Shown: positions 33,757 to 47,909 of the stretch, one piece after another
How the letters are laid out: each line of letters starts with the position of its first letter
Position numbering within the stretch: the stretch's first letter is position 1
Assembly (NCBI GenBank): GCA_964016885.1
Contig: OZ024741.1
Span: forward strand, 372,062,001-372,126,000
DNA from: Eledone cirrhosa
Taxonomy: Eukaryota
Length of the DNA stretch: 64,000 nt
Direction: 5' to 3'
Position numbers and translations under genes: made by a program
Notes under the pieces: generated by a model
The model's database searches: none
Seen by the model: only the letters and a program-made list of their open reading frames with translations
Told to the model about the DNA's origin: nothing

Positions 33757-34094
33757 TACTAAAAATAGGTGACTGGCAAGGAGAAAGCTAAATCTATTTT
33801 GTAAATGTATTTTCGTAAGTGTAATTTGATTGGTTGATGACTGACAAGTGAAAAAGTACATCAACTTTCGCGCCAGTTCGTGTTTGAGGGTTCTTTATTA
33901 CCATTTTCACTTTAAAATGTTGCTCAAATTGTTGTTTTTTTTTATAAGTGTAATTTGGTTGGTTGATGTCTGTCATGTGAATAAGTACATCAAATTTCGC
34001 GCCAGTTCGTGTTTAAGGGTTCTTTATTGCCATTTTCACAGTCACATACTAAAAATAGGTAACTGACAAGGAGAAAGCTAAATCTATTTTGTAA
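33757..34094. repeat. A-B-B'-A' local duplication (48-bp outer repeats, ~95-bp inner repeats)
   Basis: tactaaaaataggt.actg.caaggagaaagctaaatctattttgtaa x2; taagtgtaatttg.ttggttgatg...tttcgcgccagttcgtgttt...cattttcac x2. Confidence 0.85.
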
Positions 34095-35546
34095 TAAATA
34101 AACACTCCAAACATAAGCACCAAGAAAGCAGAATATAGAAAGAGATTGTCATACTGCCATAAGAATACAAGTCATTGACATCCAACCAAACAAGACAAAC
34201 AAAAGGTCACCAAGCTAGTGGAAGGTGTTCTGCAGTTCAGGCAAAAATAAAGAGTCATTTAAGGAGCATCTTTCATGTTTGGCAGCAGTGTCTCATAAAT
34301 GTGTACAAAAATGCAACAGTGTAATTCTGGAGGCTTCTTTCACTTTGTGTACTTTAGTAAAGCATGTATTATAATTTAAACCTTGTAATCATCATCATCA
34401 TCCTCATTTAACGGTCATTTTTCCTGCTAGCAAGAGTTGTACGTTCATCACAGACCGGTCAGTAATCAAGCTGTGTTGCTAACCTTTCAGATGGGCTAGG
34501 GGCCTGCATCATAAGTTCTAGTACTCTAGTGATTGCTCCGATGGGCTAAGAACCCACATCTCACTTACATATGATCCCATGCTGAGTGCATTTTATTGAG
34601 ACACCAACACTCGGGAATTATCATTTCTTTGACACAGCTAAAGAGTCCTTCTAACCCTTTGTTTCACAGGTTTCCTACAGCTGAATGTCCTTCCTATCAT
34701 CAACTAATGCAGCTTATAAAAGCATAAATAGCAGTTCTATTTTCTTATTATTGGTGAGCACCACCCCAAAATTAACCCTGATGTCACCATTACTTCACAT
34801 AAACTTTTATTAATTACGCACTTAAAATTAATTATTGAATGAACTCAAAAACATTAAATGTATCTGTTTACAACATTTTTTAAAAAATCATGAAATTTAC
34901 AAAGAAATGTTAACACTGCATCAATGAATACTTTATGTAATATCAATTAACATGGCTTTTCAACAACTATACATTAAAAAATTGTGAAAGCGCATGGCTT
35001 AGTGGTTAGAGAGTTGGATTTGCAATCATGATGTTGTATATTTGATTCTCAGATTGGGTGATGCGTTATGTCCTTGAGCAAGACCCTTTATTTCATGATT
35101 CTCTTTATGCCAGGAGTTGCAACCAGCAGATAGTATCAGCAATGGAAAGACTGAGGAAAACATTGTTTCCTTGGTCTGATATGACAAGTTCCACCCCACT
35201 TGGTAAGCAAATGAGATCTGAGATCTCAAAAAAATAATAAAAAATAATTCACCAGAAGCTTAGACAACAGTTCTCCAAAGATCAATAGGCATAAATCATT
35301 CAATAACATTGATTAACTCTTAATATCCTGTAATGATTTAGCAGAAAATATTTTTAAATGTGTTTGTTAATTCACATTTATAGTATCTTTACTGGTAGAC
35401 TGACCATTATGAAAATTTATAGTAAACTAAAGATTTTAATTCTTAATGTGATAGTGCTCTCTTGAACTGTTCAAGAATTTCTTGCTAATAAAATTTCACG
35501 TGCAACAGGACATTAAGAGTTAATACCTATTTTCATCAACTGCAGG

Positions 35547-35775
35547 TTAACCCTTTAGCATTTAAACCGGCTGTATCCAGCCAGAATTATCTCACCTCTT
35601 TTTTTTCAAACCAGCTGTAACTGGCCATTCATACTGATGTTAAGGTATTGTTCTCAAAATAAATAATATCAAAATCTCATAGATTCAATATTATGTGAGA
35701 TAATTATATGAGATAAAGCATTTACTATGAAAATATAATAGTATACATAGAGTAATGTAAATGCTGAAGGGTTAA
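35547..35775. mobile_element. piggyBac-like MITE. Other copies (approximate): 32750-32920, 38053-38325, 49405-49632; a related element at 45571-45796
   Basis: TTAA-CCCTTTAGCATTTA...TAAATGCTGAAGGG-TTAA terminal inverted repeats with TTAA flanks. Confidence 0.75.
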
Positions 35776-37445
35776 AACATTACCAAACACTTGCTGTATT
35801 TGGAGACATTGAAAATTTTGATCAGGTGTGTATATCCAATCAGTCTATGATAATTTCATAAGAGAAAATTGCTTTGGTAAAGACAGAAGCCAAATTAACA
35901 GAATATTTAGAAGCAGTAAGGCCAATGTGGTAAAATAAGTAAGCAAATAATAGAGAATACAGTAGGAGACTGCTTGTGTATTTGGTTAAGTATATTGTTG
36001 CTGTTAGCCCTAGTAGATCAGAGCAATGATCTAAGACATTCCAGTAATTTATTATATACATAATATACATGTATAAATACATTATCCAATGTATCCTTAC
36101 AGTTGTGACCATCTTATGTTGTTGTTTTTTTGCTAGATACAGCATTGGGAAGGGTAGCCAGCCATAGAAACCAAGCCAGAGCCAGTTCCATATGAGCAAG
36201 ACACAGTCACCTGATCTGAGTAGTCTCACACGGGGACAACTTGTCTAACCCATGCTACAGTGGAAAATAGCCGTTAAACGGTGATGAAGATGATGATGAT
36301 GATGGTGGAGGTGATGATGATAGCATGTCTCAGATAAGATTATCCAATGTATTCATCAATTTACTAAAATGGTAGTATGGGATTTGAGAAAGATTTGCCT
36401 GCGATTTCTAGAATTCATGTACCTCTATAAAGCTCATTTGAAGTTTATTGGTGGCATGCCGATGGGAAATTTTGCATGCATGGATGACAGCTATTCTTCC
36501 ACAAAATATCTTGCCCAGACTTGCACCTTGGGGATGAACTTTTTCAGTGCAAACCTGTGGTCAACCATGACCAAAAGAGGCCTTATATATAATACAGGAA
36601 GCCAGTTTTGATAATAAAATAACATCCTTTGGATAGCAAACTAGTCTATCAGAGGTAATTTTTCCAGCAAAGAAAACTCAGTACCTAAAACAGGCAAGGG
36701 CAACCTTTTTCAAGCAGTGGGCTACATGGTATATGGTTCATCATAAGGCAGGCTGCATTACTAAAAAAGTTCATGGTAATTTTTTTTTGTTAGGGATGCC
36801 GTTCAGAAAGCCTGTGACTGCTCTAAAGCTATATAAATTGAGTTAATATAGAATTAAGAGTTCTGTCGAGAAACAAACAAAAAAATTTAATAAATAGATA
36901 ATAACATCTGTAGTTGATTAACATCTAAATTGTAAGTCTGATACTATACTTTCAATAGAAGCTGAATAAATTTGTGTGCGTAAACATTCATAAAGCTACC
37001 TAGATAGAGAATTGTTTGTATGAATGTATATGTGTATGTGAGTGTATATGTGTATGTATGTAGTTATGCATTATGTAGGTGAGGTGCCTTCTTGATGAAG
37101 TTTTCATAATGTTTCATCATCTATATAACAAAAAAAGGCAAACTCGATAATAAAATAACATTTTATCTCTACATATGCACACACTGTTATAGTCCCAACC
37201 CAACTTCATACACAGCAATATTTTCTTATTGATGTTGCTGTTGTCGTTGTAGTGACTGGAATTTTAGAAATGTCAAATACATTATGCATATCATAAGCAA
37301 AATAGTGAAGATGAAAGATGGACAGAAATGTCATGATGGAGAGTGAGAGAAAACTTGATGCTTATAAATATTGGGAGAATATGGAACAAAAGAATGACAG
37401 GAAGAATTAAAAACAAAGAAAAAGAAGTAGGAGAAGGAAGAGGAG

Positions 37446-37480
<35 letters not shown>

Positions 37481-37715
37481 AAAAGAATGGAAAACATAGA
37501 GAGCAGGGAATTATTAGAATAGGAAAAAATGGAAGGAGCAAATGAATAAAAAGAAAAGTAGAAAAAAGCATAAAGTTAATGTGTGTTTGATTACCACCTG
37601 ATTCATGTTATTTTTTTTCTTTTCTTTTCTCCAGTTTGTTAATATGCTTAAATTTAACACACAGACAGTTTAAATCATAATGTAGTAGCAGGCAGGGGTG
37701 TTTGCAATGTCTTGT

Positions 37716-37873
37716 CTAGCTGCGCAGAGCTTCTAGCCGAGCCCTCATTTCATCTTCTTCTTCATCATCTGCTTCTTCCTCCAATGCAACTGAAGCAGTA
37801 GCCGCTGAGGCACCACCAACATCAGTTAAAGGCAGAGAATCTTTGACAGCAGATGGCATTTTACCAAGTTCAC
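37716..37873 (-). CDS. CHMP3: CHMP3/VPS24 last coding exon (exon 6)
   Basis: ttcag acceptor; (G)ELGKMPSAVKDSLP...EEEDEMRARLEALRS*, the typical CHMP3 C-terminal MIM helix. Confidence 0.92.
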
Positions 37874-39139
37874 CTGAAATAAAGAGATATGGATCAAAAT
37901 TGCTATATGTGCATACAGAGTTAGGACTACACATCTAAAATTCTCCTTAGAGAAGCCAAGAGCTAACCAAATTATACTAGTGTAAGAATCACAAGAACCC
38001 CAATGGTATATATAGCTACTAGAATTTGTATGAAAGCTCTATTCCAGTCTGTTTAACCCTTCAGCATTTAAACTGGCCATATCTGGCCAGAATTCTCTCA
38101 ACTCTTTCTATTCAAATAACTGGCTGCCCATACTTCATCATCATCATCATCATCTTCGTTTAACGTCCATTTTCCATGCTAGCATGGGTATGTTAAGTTA
38201 TTGTTCTCAAAATGAATAATATCAAAATCTCATAGATTCGATATTATGTGGGATAATTATGTGAGATAAAGTGTTTACTGTGAAAATACAATAGTATATA
38301 TAGAATAACATAAATGTTAAAGGGTGTATGAGCTATATTCAAATTTGTATATAAGCTTGTTATGTCTTAAGCAGTGCTGTGTTTATCCAGTTTAGAATAG
38401 GTAAACTATCATCATCATCATCATCACAATTTAACATCCATTTTCCACACTAGCATGGGTTAGACAAGTTGTCCCATTGTGAGACAAGCCAGGTCAGGTG
38501 ACCATATCTTGCTCATACAGAACTGATTTTGGCTTGGTTTCTATGGCTGGATGCCCTTCCTAACACCAACCACATTTACAATGTGTACTGGGTGCTTTTT
38601 GTCATGACATCTACACAATCTACACAACCACTTTACCATATCCCTACATATTGTAAGAAGCAACTAATAGGGTTGGCTTCAGGATAAATGAAATGAAATT
38701 TACAGCTCATACCTATGCAGGTTCAGCTATCTTCCTAAATGGTTGTATCTGATGGGAGGTTTCTTTTTTTTTTATTTGTAGGGGCACCAGTCCTATCATA
38801 AAAACTATGTGAAATGAAGCATTTTGCTCAAGAGATCACTGTGCAACTTGGTCCAGCAAACAAACCAAAGACCATATAGTTGTGAGTCCAACACTAGGAC
38901 ATTCACAAGGAAGAGCATAAAAAATGTTTCAAAAAGGACTCTAGGATAAGCATAAAACCATTCATGGAGCCTGCCAGGCTAACTCATGCTTTAGCAGGGA
39001 AAACTAACTGTAAAGTGTTTGCTGTTGCTGCTTGTCTTTTCTTAAGCACTAATTAATGTTCATATTTAATGTTCAGGAAAGTATCAAATCAGACAAAAAC
39101 ACCTGTTAACAGACTTTTCAAATATTTTGTAAAATAGAT

Positions 39140-39968
39140 TTCAAAAGGTCCATCCTGCCTTTCTCTCACATTTACATTGCACATCCAACAAAGCATGGCT
39201 GTTTTATTTTTATCCAGTCTATGCATGTATTCTGCAGTTACTGCCCATGTTTCATTACCATGCAGCATCACACTTTGTACATAGGCATCATACAGTCATC
39301 CTCATTTTGTACATAGGGAAAAACCTTTTGTTGTCAATATTGGGAGGAGTCTCTAAACTTCTTCCATCCTATCCTTATTCTAGCTATTATACTGCTAATT
39401 AAGTCACCTAGATAGCAGAAACTATCAACCACTCCTATAGACCCTTCCTGTGACTTGAAGAGGTTTATATCACTGCTGCTCTTCTCTTTGATTACTCCTG
39501 TACATCTTCCTTTCCAGTTGGTCTACTCATTATCCCACTTCATCTCATGTGTACCAAAGATTTATATTGTGTACACTATATGGAGTTTATGCCTATTCCA
39601 TTTCTACATATGAAGCAGGGCCACTTCCCTGAAGGGATCAGGGTCTTATTTTCTTTACTACTCACTAGTACTTCAGTTTTGGCTAAGTTTACTCTCAGAC
39701 CTTTTGATTCCAAATTCTGTTTCCATAGTTGGAACTTATTTTCTAGTTCTTTTATGGATTCAGCAATATGGACCATATCTTCTGTATAGAAAAGTTCCCA
39801 TGGACAACAAGTTTTAAACTCCTCTATTATGGCCTGGAGAACTATGATGAACAGCAATGGGCTAAGAACCGATCCTTGATAAACACCTACCTGTACCTTG
39901 AATTCCTCACTAAACTCACTTCCTACTTCCACTTTACTGGCAGCTCCTCTGTACATGGTTTGCACTGC
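39140..39968 (-). mobile_element. Degenerate RTE-type LINE with a Cys-rich insert (GKWPC..C)
   Basis: VGVYQGSVLSPLLFII, GLRVNLAKT, GKWPCFIC, MLHGNETW. Confidence 0.75.
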
Positions 39969-40348
39969 TATTATTATTATTATAAGGGTGGTGGATTGGC
40001 AGTATCGGTTGGGTGTCAAACAACATGCTTTGCGGCATCAGTGATGTTAAGTGCACCCTCATTTCTAACATTTTTCCCAACCAATATCTCGATTTACACT
40101 AACACACTGTCTTGCAATGTGAAACACTTCACGTTTCTGGTCCTCACATCTCAAGACATCAGAATTTAAAATAATGGGACAAATACTGCAACATATTTTG
40201 TCCAATGCTCTAAAGATTCTGCCTATCCACTGCCCTTATAATACGCTACGACAATAACTACAAGAATTACTCTGTATAAACAGTTTTCTACAGATATTAT
40301 TCATTATCATCTGATGTAGAAGACATTTTAGAAACCATTTCTCTTTAC

Positions 40349-40463
40349 CTGCTGTTACTTCATAAAGGATCTTATCAACTTCATCCTGAGATTCGTCTTC
40401 AAGTTCTTCTGAATCTTCCAAACCTTCAAATGTATCTTCAAGCATTTCTTCAATTATTCCAGC
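40349..40463 (-). CDS. CHMP3: CHMP3 exon 5 (115 nt)
   Basis: tacag|AGIIEEMLEDTFEGLEDSEELEDESQDEVDKILYEVTA-G|gtaaag. Confidence 0.93.
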
Positions 40464-42318
40464 CTGTAAAATGGTATTGTTAACCGAGCCTATAATTTTG
40501 GATTTATTCATGTCAATGCAGAGCTTCCATTATCGTTTTGGGTTAATAGGGGTTTAAGTATATATACTGTACATATGTATTTTTATTATTATTATTAGCT
40601 CACACATTTTTATCACCAATACAAGACTAAGAAAGAAATTAAAAACATGATCATACTAACATATTTATAGTCAATAGAAAATCAGTGTAGTAAAAACCAA
40701 AGAACAAGTATATTGAAACAAATTATTTCTTTAAGATTATTCAACAAGTTTCCACATTATTGGAGTGGCTTAAACCCCAAAAGCCCCTTAGTGCCAGAAG
40801 GCTTGCAATGCAATTAACATAGGGATCAAATTGTAGCTGTTATAGGTACAATGAGTTATATATATGAGACTTTTTCATGGTTTTGTTTGGTTGTTTGTTT
40901 TTCTTGTTAGAATGAGATTACTATAATAGTCTGTGGAATATAGGATCATATACACTCTTAGTTGAAAGGAAAAACTCCAAAAGTTTAAATCTTGTAGAAT
41001 CATAATTAAGAGACTGTTTTCTTCAGTCTTCAGCTTGCCTGGTTGACACAATAGTTAAAACACTTGCTCCAACAATGATATACAATTATTATCCTGTAAG
41101 GTGGCTATGTTGCTGACATCTGAAAAAACAGCTAGTCCACACTGTAAGGTATTCATACTGGTGACATGACAAAAAGCACCCAGTCCACACAGTAAGGTGG
41201 TTGTGTTGGTGACATGACAATAAGTGCCCAGTTTACTCTGTAAGGTGGCTGTGTTGGTGACATGATAAAAAAGCGCCCAATTTACTCTGTAAGATGGGCG
41301 TTTAGTGCCATGATAAAAACACCCAGTCCACACTGTAATGTGGTTGGTGTTAGGAAGGACATCCAGCTGTAGAAACCAAGCCAAAATACAGATCTGTATG
41401 AGCAAGACTGTCTCTAAACCTGACTTGTCTCAATGTGACAACTCATCAAACCCATGCAAGTATGGAAAAATGGATGTTAAATGATGATAATGATGATGAT
41501 GATTATAGTTTTCATGTTAGAAAAATAAAATTTAAACTGTTGACAGGATTGGAAGAATATATAAAGTTTTGTGAGTGAATTAGGGTAGATAGAAACTGTT
41601 TGGAAGCACATCAGATGAACTAGAGATAAGTTAAATAGCCAGCCTTGTCAAACACTGTGTCATATTGAATCTCCACAAGAATTATGTCAAGGGTACATAT
41701 AAGTGTGGAATGCTCAGCCACTTTCACATTAAATTCACAAGCAGGTTGTGCCATTGATCAAACAACAGGAACATTGAAGCCAACAATGATCCATACCATC
41801 CCAAGTATGAGTGTATCAATATTTTTTTCAATAGGTCTATGGGAAGGTAACATATGAGTTATCACTGCTAATAAACAAAGATGCCAATGGTATATCATAT
41901 ATCAACATGCATCTTCTTGGAAGCTGTGAAGCAAAATTTCAAATTGCTAATAGGTATCATCATCATCACCATTTAACGTTCATTTTTTCATGCTAACATG
42001 GGTTAGATGAGCTGTCACCCTGTGAGACAAGTCAGATCAGATGCCAGTGTCTTGCTCATACAGAGCTGTTTCTGGTTTGGTTTCTATGGTTGGATACCTT
42101 TCCTAACACCAACCACATTTACAGCCTGAACTGGCTGCTTTTTATTGTGTCGCCAAAATAACCACTTAACAATGTGGATTGGGTGCATTTTGCCATGTCA
42201 CCAACACAACCAATTGACAGGTTCAACAATATTCAAGATATTTGATCTTTAAAAAGTAAGGTTGAACATGGCCAAAATATTTCATATTCTATCAAGAAAT
42301 TCCAAAAGACAGACTAAC

Positions 42319-42440
42319 CTTCATCATTTCCTTGGACATCTCCATCATAGTGGAATTAATTTCAGAAATTTTTATCAAAGAATGCATCGCTTTCATCACA
42401 TCAACACTCTTTTCTAGAGCACCAACCATTCGTAACTTAC
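42319..42440 (-). CDS. CHMP3: CHMP3 exon 4 (122 nt)
   Basis: ctgcag|(G)KLRMVGALEKSVDVMKAMHSLIKISEINSTMMEMSKEMMK|gttagt; phases join exons 3 and 5 correctly. Confidence 0.93.
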
Positions 42441-43066
42441 CTGCAGGTAAAGAAAATGATAGCGGTGGAGGGTACATTAGTAGCAGTAAAATATGTATTC
42501 AAAAATATGTATTATTGAAAATCTTCCTATCTTCAAATTGTAAAGCATTCCTTGAATAAACATGCAGTAAAATATTATTGTTTACATCTACCACCACTGT
42601 TATTATTATTAGCTTTGCTTTTCACCTTTACGGGGTTGATAAAATAGAGTACCAGTAATGCACTGGGGTAAATTTAATCAACTGTCTCCAAAAATTGCTG
42701 GCCTTGTACCTAAATCAGAAACCATAACTATTTTTATTATTTGAAACTTCAGTTGAATTCTACTTCTTTCCCAAATCATGCCAAGTATCAACCTGACAAT
42801 ATACACATTGATAATATACACATTTTACAATCAATTGTCATACAAATAATGCCATAAGGAGAGCATAACCAACAGGAAATGTCTTTGCAATGTATTTAAA
42901 TTGATAAAGCTCTTCTCAGGACATGGACAGTGCCAATCTGTACTATTTTCTGTATCTCTTGCAGAGATGGCATTCAAGTTATCTGGTCAAAACATTTTTC
43001 ATTTCCCTTTTTTATCATTCCAGTTGCACTGACTATCACTGTTATTTATTCTTATTATTATCATCA

Positions 43067-43167
43067 TCACTAGTGAGTAAATAACCCAATATTTTATGGA
43101 TGGAATAAATAATATTCAGTTTTCTTCACCAAACATTAACAAAGTTATGTTTTTAGATTACACACAT

Positions 43168-43215
<48 letters not shown>

Positions 43216-43895
43216 TTGTCTCCCTGTCTGTTCCTATGCATTCTCAAACGGCTAGACCAAATCAAATCAAATTTTACAAGGTAATAGTATAAGACCCCAA
43301 GAGTGTCAACATGTAATTTTTATTTATATTTTGATTTTTAAAAATAGGTTATTTTAGATACAATATTATTTCTATAATGAACTATAGTAAACCACCACCA
43401 CCACTATGATGTGACATTGTATATGAGTGTGTATGAGTCTGTGAGTGTGTGTGTGTTTGTGAGTTCATTACATATGTTAGACCTCAGACAATTAAACACA
43501 CACCCATCTACACATACATATAGACAATTAAACACACACACACATTTACTCATACAGATACATATGTGATGACAGACAGATGTGTGTGAATGTATGTCTG
43601 TGTGTGTCTGTCTTAGTATATGTATGTGTGTGTGAGTGTATGTGTGTGAGCAACAATTTATTCATTTGGACACCAACAAAAAATAACACAATGAATATTG
43701 TTTACTCTAAGGTGCTTCAAGATTGACAGATTTTCATTTCTAAATTCTATTATCATTACAATTTTGATATTTATTTAATAAAATGTAGATATTTTGAAAT
43801 AATTATGAGAAAAAAAAGCATATCTTCATATTTATTGTTTACTAATCTAAATAAGAACAGCCGTGACCCAGGCAATGCCGGGTAATTCAGCTAGT
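43067..43895 (+). mobile_element. Non-autonomous Helitron-like element
   Basis: 3' hairpin CCCAGGCAATGCCGGG followed by CTAG at 43891-43894; internal microsatellites; 5' boundary uncertain. Confidence 0.55.
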
Positions 43896-44389
43896 ATATA
43901 CATATATATAGGAAGAGGAAGAAGGGGAAGACAGACAGACATGTAGTGCACCTGAGCACTGTACACAATATTTCATTATTATTATTATTATTATTATTAT
44001 AGATAGCACTGTTGACAGAGAACACATTTTATAACATTTAGAACCCCCCCCCCCCCTCAAACTGTTTCTTCTGTCTTACATGTGTTCCATATATTCTAAA
44101 TAAAAATTTGAGAACATTTTTGACAGATTGTAGCCTTCGTGTGACACACAGACAAAAAGGCTGTACAATTATTATAATATATCTGTCATCAGGTTTAATA
44201 GTATAGAATATACAAAATAGCTTGCTGACAGTAACTGGAACACCTTTGATCATAGACCTGCTCAATCGGAGATAACTGGGGGTTAAACAATAACAACAAT
44301 AACCTACACAGAAAAACATGTTCTTTACCGTGGCATTCTAACATAGTTAAATGTATTCATCCTTTTTTTTTTTTTTTTGAGATAGTGGG

Positions 44390-44798
44390 GAGATACTGTA
44401 AAGTAGTCATGTAGGTATCATGACAAAAAGCACCGAGCGCATACTGTAAAGTGGTCGTGTAGGTGTCACGACAAAAACCAGCCAGCCCACACTGTAAAGT
44501 AGTTGTTAGATGTCACAACAAAAAGTACCCAGCACATATTGTAAAGTAGTCGTTAGGTGTCACAACAAAAAGTATCCAGCACACACTGTAAAGTGGTCGT
44601 GTAGGTGTCATGACAAAAAGCACCCCGTTACTCACTGTAAATGAGGTTGGCATTAGTAAGGGCATCCAGCTGTAGAAACCAAACCCAAATCAGTTCTGTA
44701 TGAACAAAACATGGTCACCTGACCCAACTTGCCTCAAATGGGACAACCTGTCTAACCCACGCTAGCATAGAAAGTGGACATTAAACGACGATGATGAT
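44390..44798 (+). mobile_element. (GAT)n-tailed SINE with internal ~50-bp tandem repeats. Related copies near 36140-36320, 38410-38630, 41100-41500, 41960-42220, 49740-49890, 52210-52475, 52890-53070, 54560-54765, 63590-63785
   Basis: Repeated tgtca.gacaaaaagcacccag..cacactgtaaagtggt units, then aagggcatccagctgtagaaacc...cccatgc.agcatgga...gttaaa and a (GAT)n tail. Confidence 0.75.
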
Positions 44799-47729
44799 AG
44801 GGTTTAATTTGGGGGAATTTGATTGTAACTTTTAGCATGTTGAGCAACCTCATAGAGGCTTCCTCACTGGCTCATTTGTATAGGTGGTGCAAGGTTAGTA
44901 ATGATAGGAAGAGGAATATATAGGAAAAGTGATATATACTATAGATCAGGGTTTCCCAACCTGGGTGAATTTGCCAACCAGTGGGTGATTGCAATTGTTG
45001 AGTGGGTGAGGAATAACTGAAAAGTAAATGGTGGGTGAATGGAAATTTTGGTGGATGATATAGGATTTTGAGTATTAAGAATGTATTTCAACATATGCTA
45101 CCAGAAAAAAATATTAACCTGTATAAAGAAAAAATAGGAGGCTAAATGGGAATAACGAACCAGTAAACATTGTCAATTGACCTGCTAAAAATAGTAGCCA
45201 AATCTCCATATCATGTTTTACGGACTTATCTTCAAAAATATTTCTTCAAATACAAAATCAAAACATCAAAAAGTTGGTTTCATACACCTTCTTCGAATAC
45301 AAGATTGGGCAATAATGTGTATAAAGGGGTAATCAAACAAGTGTCATCAAGAACATTTATTAAAACAATGAAAAAAAATCTAAAACAATTGTCATGCTAA
45401 ATTTTATTGAAATCAAAATCACTAAAATTTTTATTAGAATCTGAGGTTGTGTGCAACCTAACCCTAACCTTAAATTGATGATTCGAAGTAATTGGCCTGT
45501 CAAAGGTATTCTACTACAAAGTTTTTGCTTGTCAGAGATATCTTACTTTGCGCCATATCACACCCTCTCTTAACCTTTTTGTTACCATATTTCTAATGAA
45601 ATACATTCTATTTCAAATAATTGAAGAATTTTAAGGAACTTACTAAAGTTATTCTTACTAAAATAGTAACTTAATATATGGTTCTTATATAAAATAATGT
45701 TGGAAGATTTTAATTTATATAGGAATCCTTTAAATGAGTGGGTAACTTTCATTGACCCAGAGCTGATTTTCACACGGTTGGTATGAAAAGGGTTAAAAAA
45801 GAACACATTGGATAATATAGACCCAGGCAGGACCAAATTTTCACCTGCTTGAGGCCCTAAGCTATACAAAATTTGAGGCCCTTCTCTAAAAAATTATAAT
45901 TATTTTTGTATTAATGTTAATGATAAAGAATAAATAAATAATAATATTTTTTTATGATTTAGTGTTAAAACTAACGATAAAATAGAAATATATTTTTTTA
46001 AATGGGACCCCCGGGGGTGTGTGACTCTAAGCTATAGTTTATTTAGCTTATAATTAAGTGGTCCTGGCAATTTATAACAGAAAAAAAAACAGAACAGAAT
46101 GGTTACTCCTGCCAACTATCAACCTGTAGCTCTCAATTCTAGCATTTCAAACAATATAGAAACAGTTAAGTCACCTTCTCCTACCCCAGGGACTAACAGT
46201 TGTTAACAGTTACTTTCTCCTACCTCAGGGACCAACAATATGATTCTCTTGTCACTCATCATTAGTCTCTGACCTTTGAGAAGTTCAGTAAAAAACAATG
46301 TTGTACTTTCTATCAGATCACACCATTACAACATACACTACTAAAGACTTTCTCTGATCCACACTATCAATACAGTGTACCACAAAGTTATGTACCAATG
46401 TTTACTTCTATTCAGATAACTCAACTTATCAAAGGCATTATCACTACACATATCAAAAAAACAATTTGTACCTTACTTTATTTAATCTTGCATTGCATGC
46501 AACTAAAATCTTTGAAGTTGCCACTAATATTATATAAACAACAACAAGCGTGTTAAGACAATTTTCCTTGTTAAAGCAAGCCCCCATGACATGGTTTTTA
46601 CTCATCATGAGGTCCTTTTTGAGGTAATGTTTTATGGCTAGATGCACTTCCTGGTGCCAACTCTTTAAAAATAATAATGAAATTATTGTGTACAGTGCTC
46701 AGGTGCACTACAACTCATCAAAGGTGCATGTATAGTACATAGAATGATGTACAAATGTCAGGAAAGTTAACAGTGTATGAGTCATGATATACATGTATGT
46801 ATGTGTATGGAGGGGAATATCAGTGTTGGCGAATTTCAGGAAGCATGGAGTTTTTAAAAGATGCAGTGTTTAAGTAACCTCTTATGACACAAAGGATTAC
46901 AATGAACTTATTCTAAATTAGATACGTGTGTGGATTTATGTATACATGTATGTGCATGTGCATTTGGATTTATGTTCAGTTTGTTTATGTCCCATAACTT
47001 GTCCAACTGATAGTCCTAAGGGGATGACATAGATAGTTAAATAGATAAATGCACAGAGAGAAGACAAACAGTGAGATATGGATAACTGGCAGATAAAGTG
47101 AATTTGTTAAAAAAAACAAAAAAACTCAACTATAAAACATGTCTTCTAATTTTTGGCACATACACTTTTAATTAATGATTTCTTTATTTGAATAATGGTT
47201 TCTCATTTAGGCACAAGGCCAACAATTTTTTTGGGCGGGAGGGGGCATTAAATCAACCCCAGTGCATTACTGGTATTTTATTTTATCGACACTGTAAGGA
47301 TAAAAAGCAAAGCTAACATCAGCAGGATTTGAGCTGAGAATGTAAAAGGACATAACGATATGCCACAAAGCATATTGTCTGACCCTCTATCGAGTGCTGC
47401 CAATCCACTGCCCTACATGCACTTTTAATTAATAAAAACAACTTTTTAATAGATAGTTCCATAATAAAATTGTTTCTATTTTAGGCACAAGGCCAGCATT
47501 TATCTCAGTGCATTACTGGTACTTTATTTTATCGACTCCATAAGGATGAAAGGCAAAGTTAATCTCGGCGAGATTTGAACTCGGACTGCAAAGGGCCGTA
47601 ACTCTATGCTGTAAAGCATGGCATCCGACCCTCTACTGATACTGCCAATCCACTGCCCTAGTTCCATAAACATAACAGGTAGACGGTTGAGAATCATTAT
47701 AAGTTTTAAGTAGAAAAGCAATATCTTAC

Positions 47730-47909
47730 CTAGTTGTTGTTTCATGTTTAATTGGACAGAATTTAAGTGAGCTTTAGCAGCATACAGCTTGCAAACTGCC
47801 TTTTTAGAATGGACTAGCTCCCTAGCAAGGATCACACAAGCTTCTTTTTCACCCTTCTTGGCAGCATCTTTTAAAGAGCGTTTAGTTTTATCTTCTTCTC
47901 TTTTGATGG
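47730..47909 (-). CDS. CHMP3: CHMP3 exon 3 (180 nt)
   Basis: acag|(A)IKREEDKTKRSLKDAAKKGEKEACVILARELVHSKKAVCKLYAAKAHLNSVQLNMKQQL-G|gtaaga. Confidence 0.95.

Noticed and set aside
33491-33864. Overlapping 93 and 107 aa ORFs as a host exon
   Set aside because: No recognisable domain or convincing splice pattern
44390-44640. CRISPR-like periodic repeats (also at 23975-24143, 41100-41340 and 53085-53525)
   Set aside because: Degenerate tandem units without unique spacers, no cas genes, eukaryotic context
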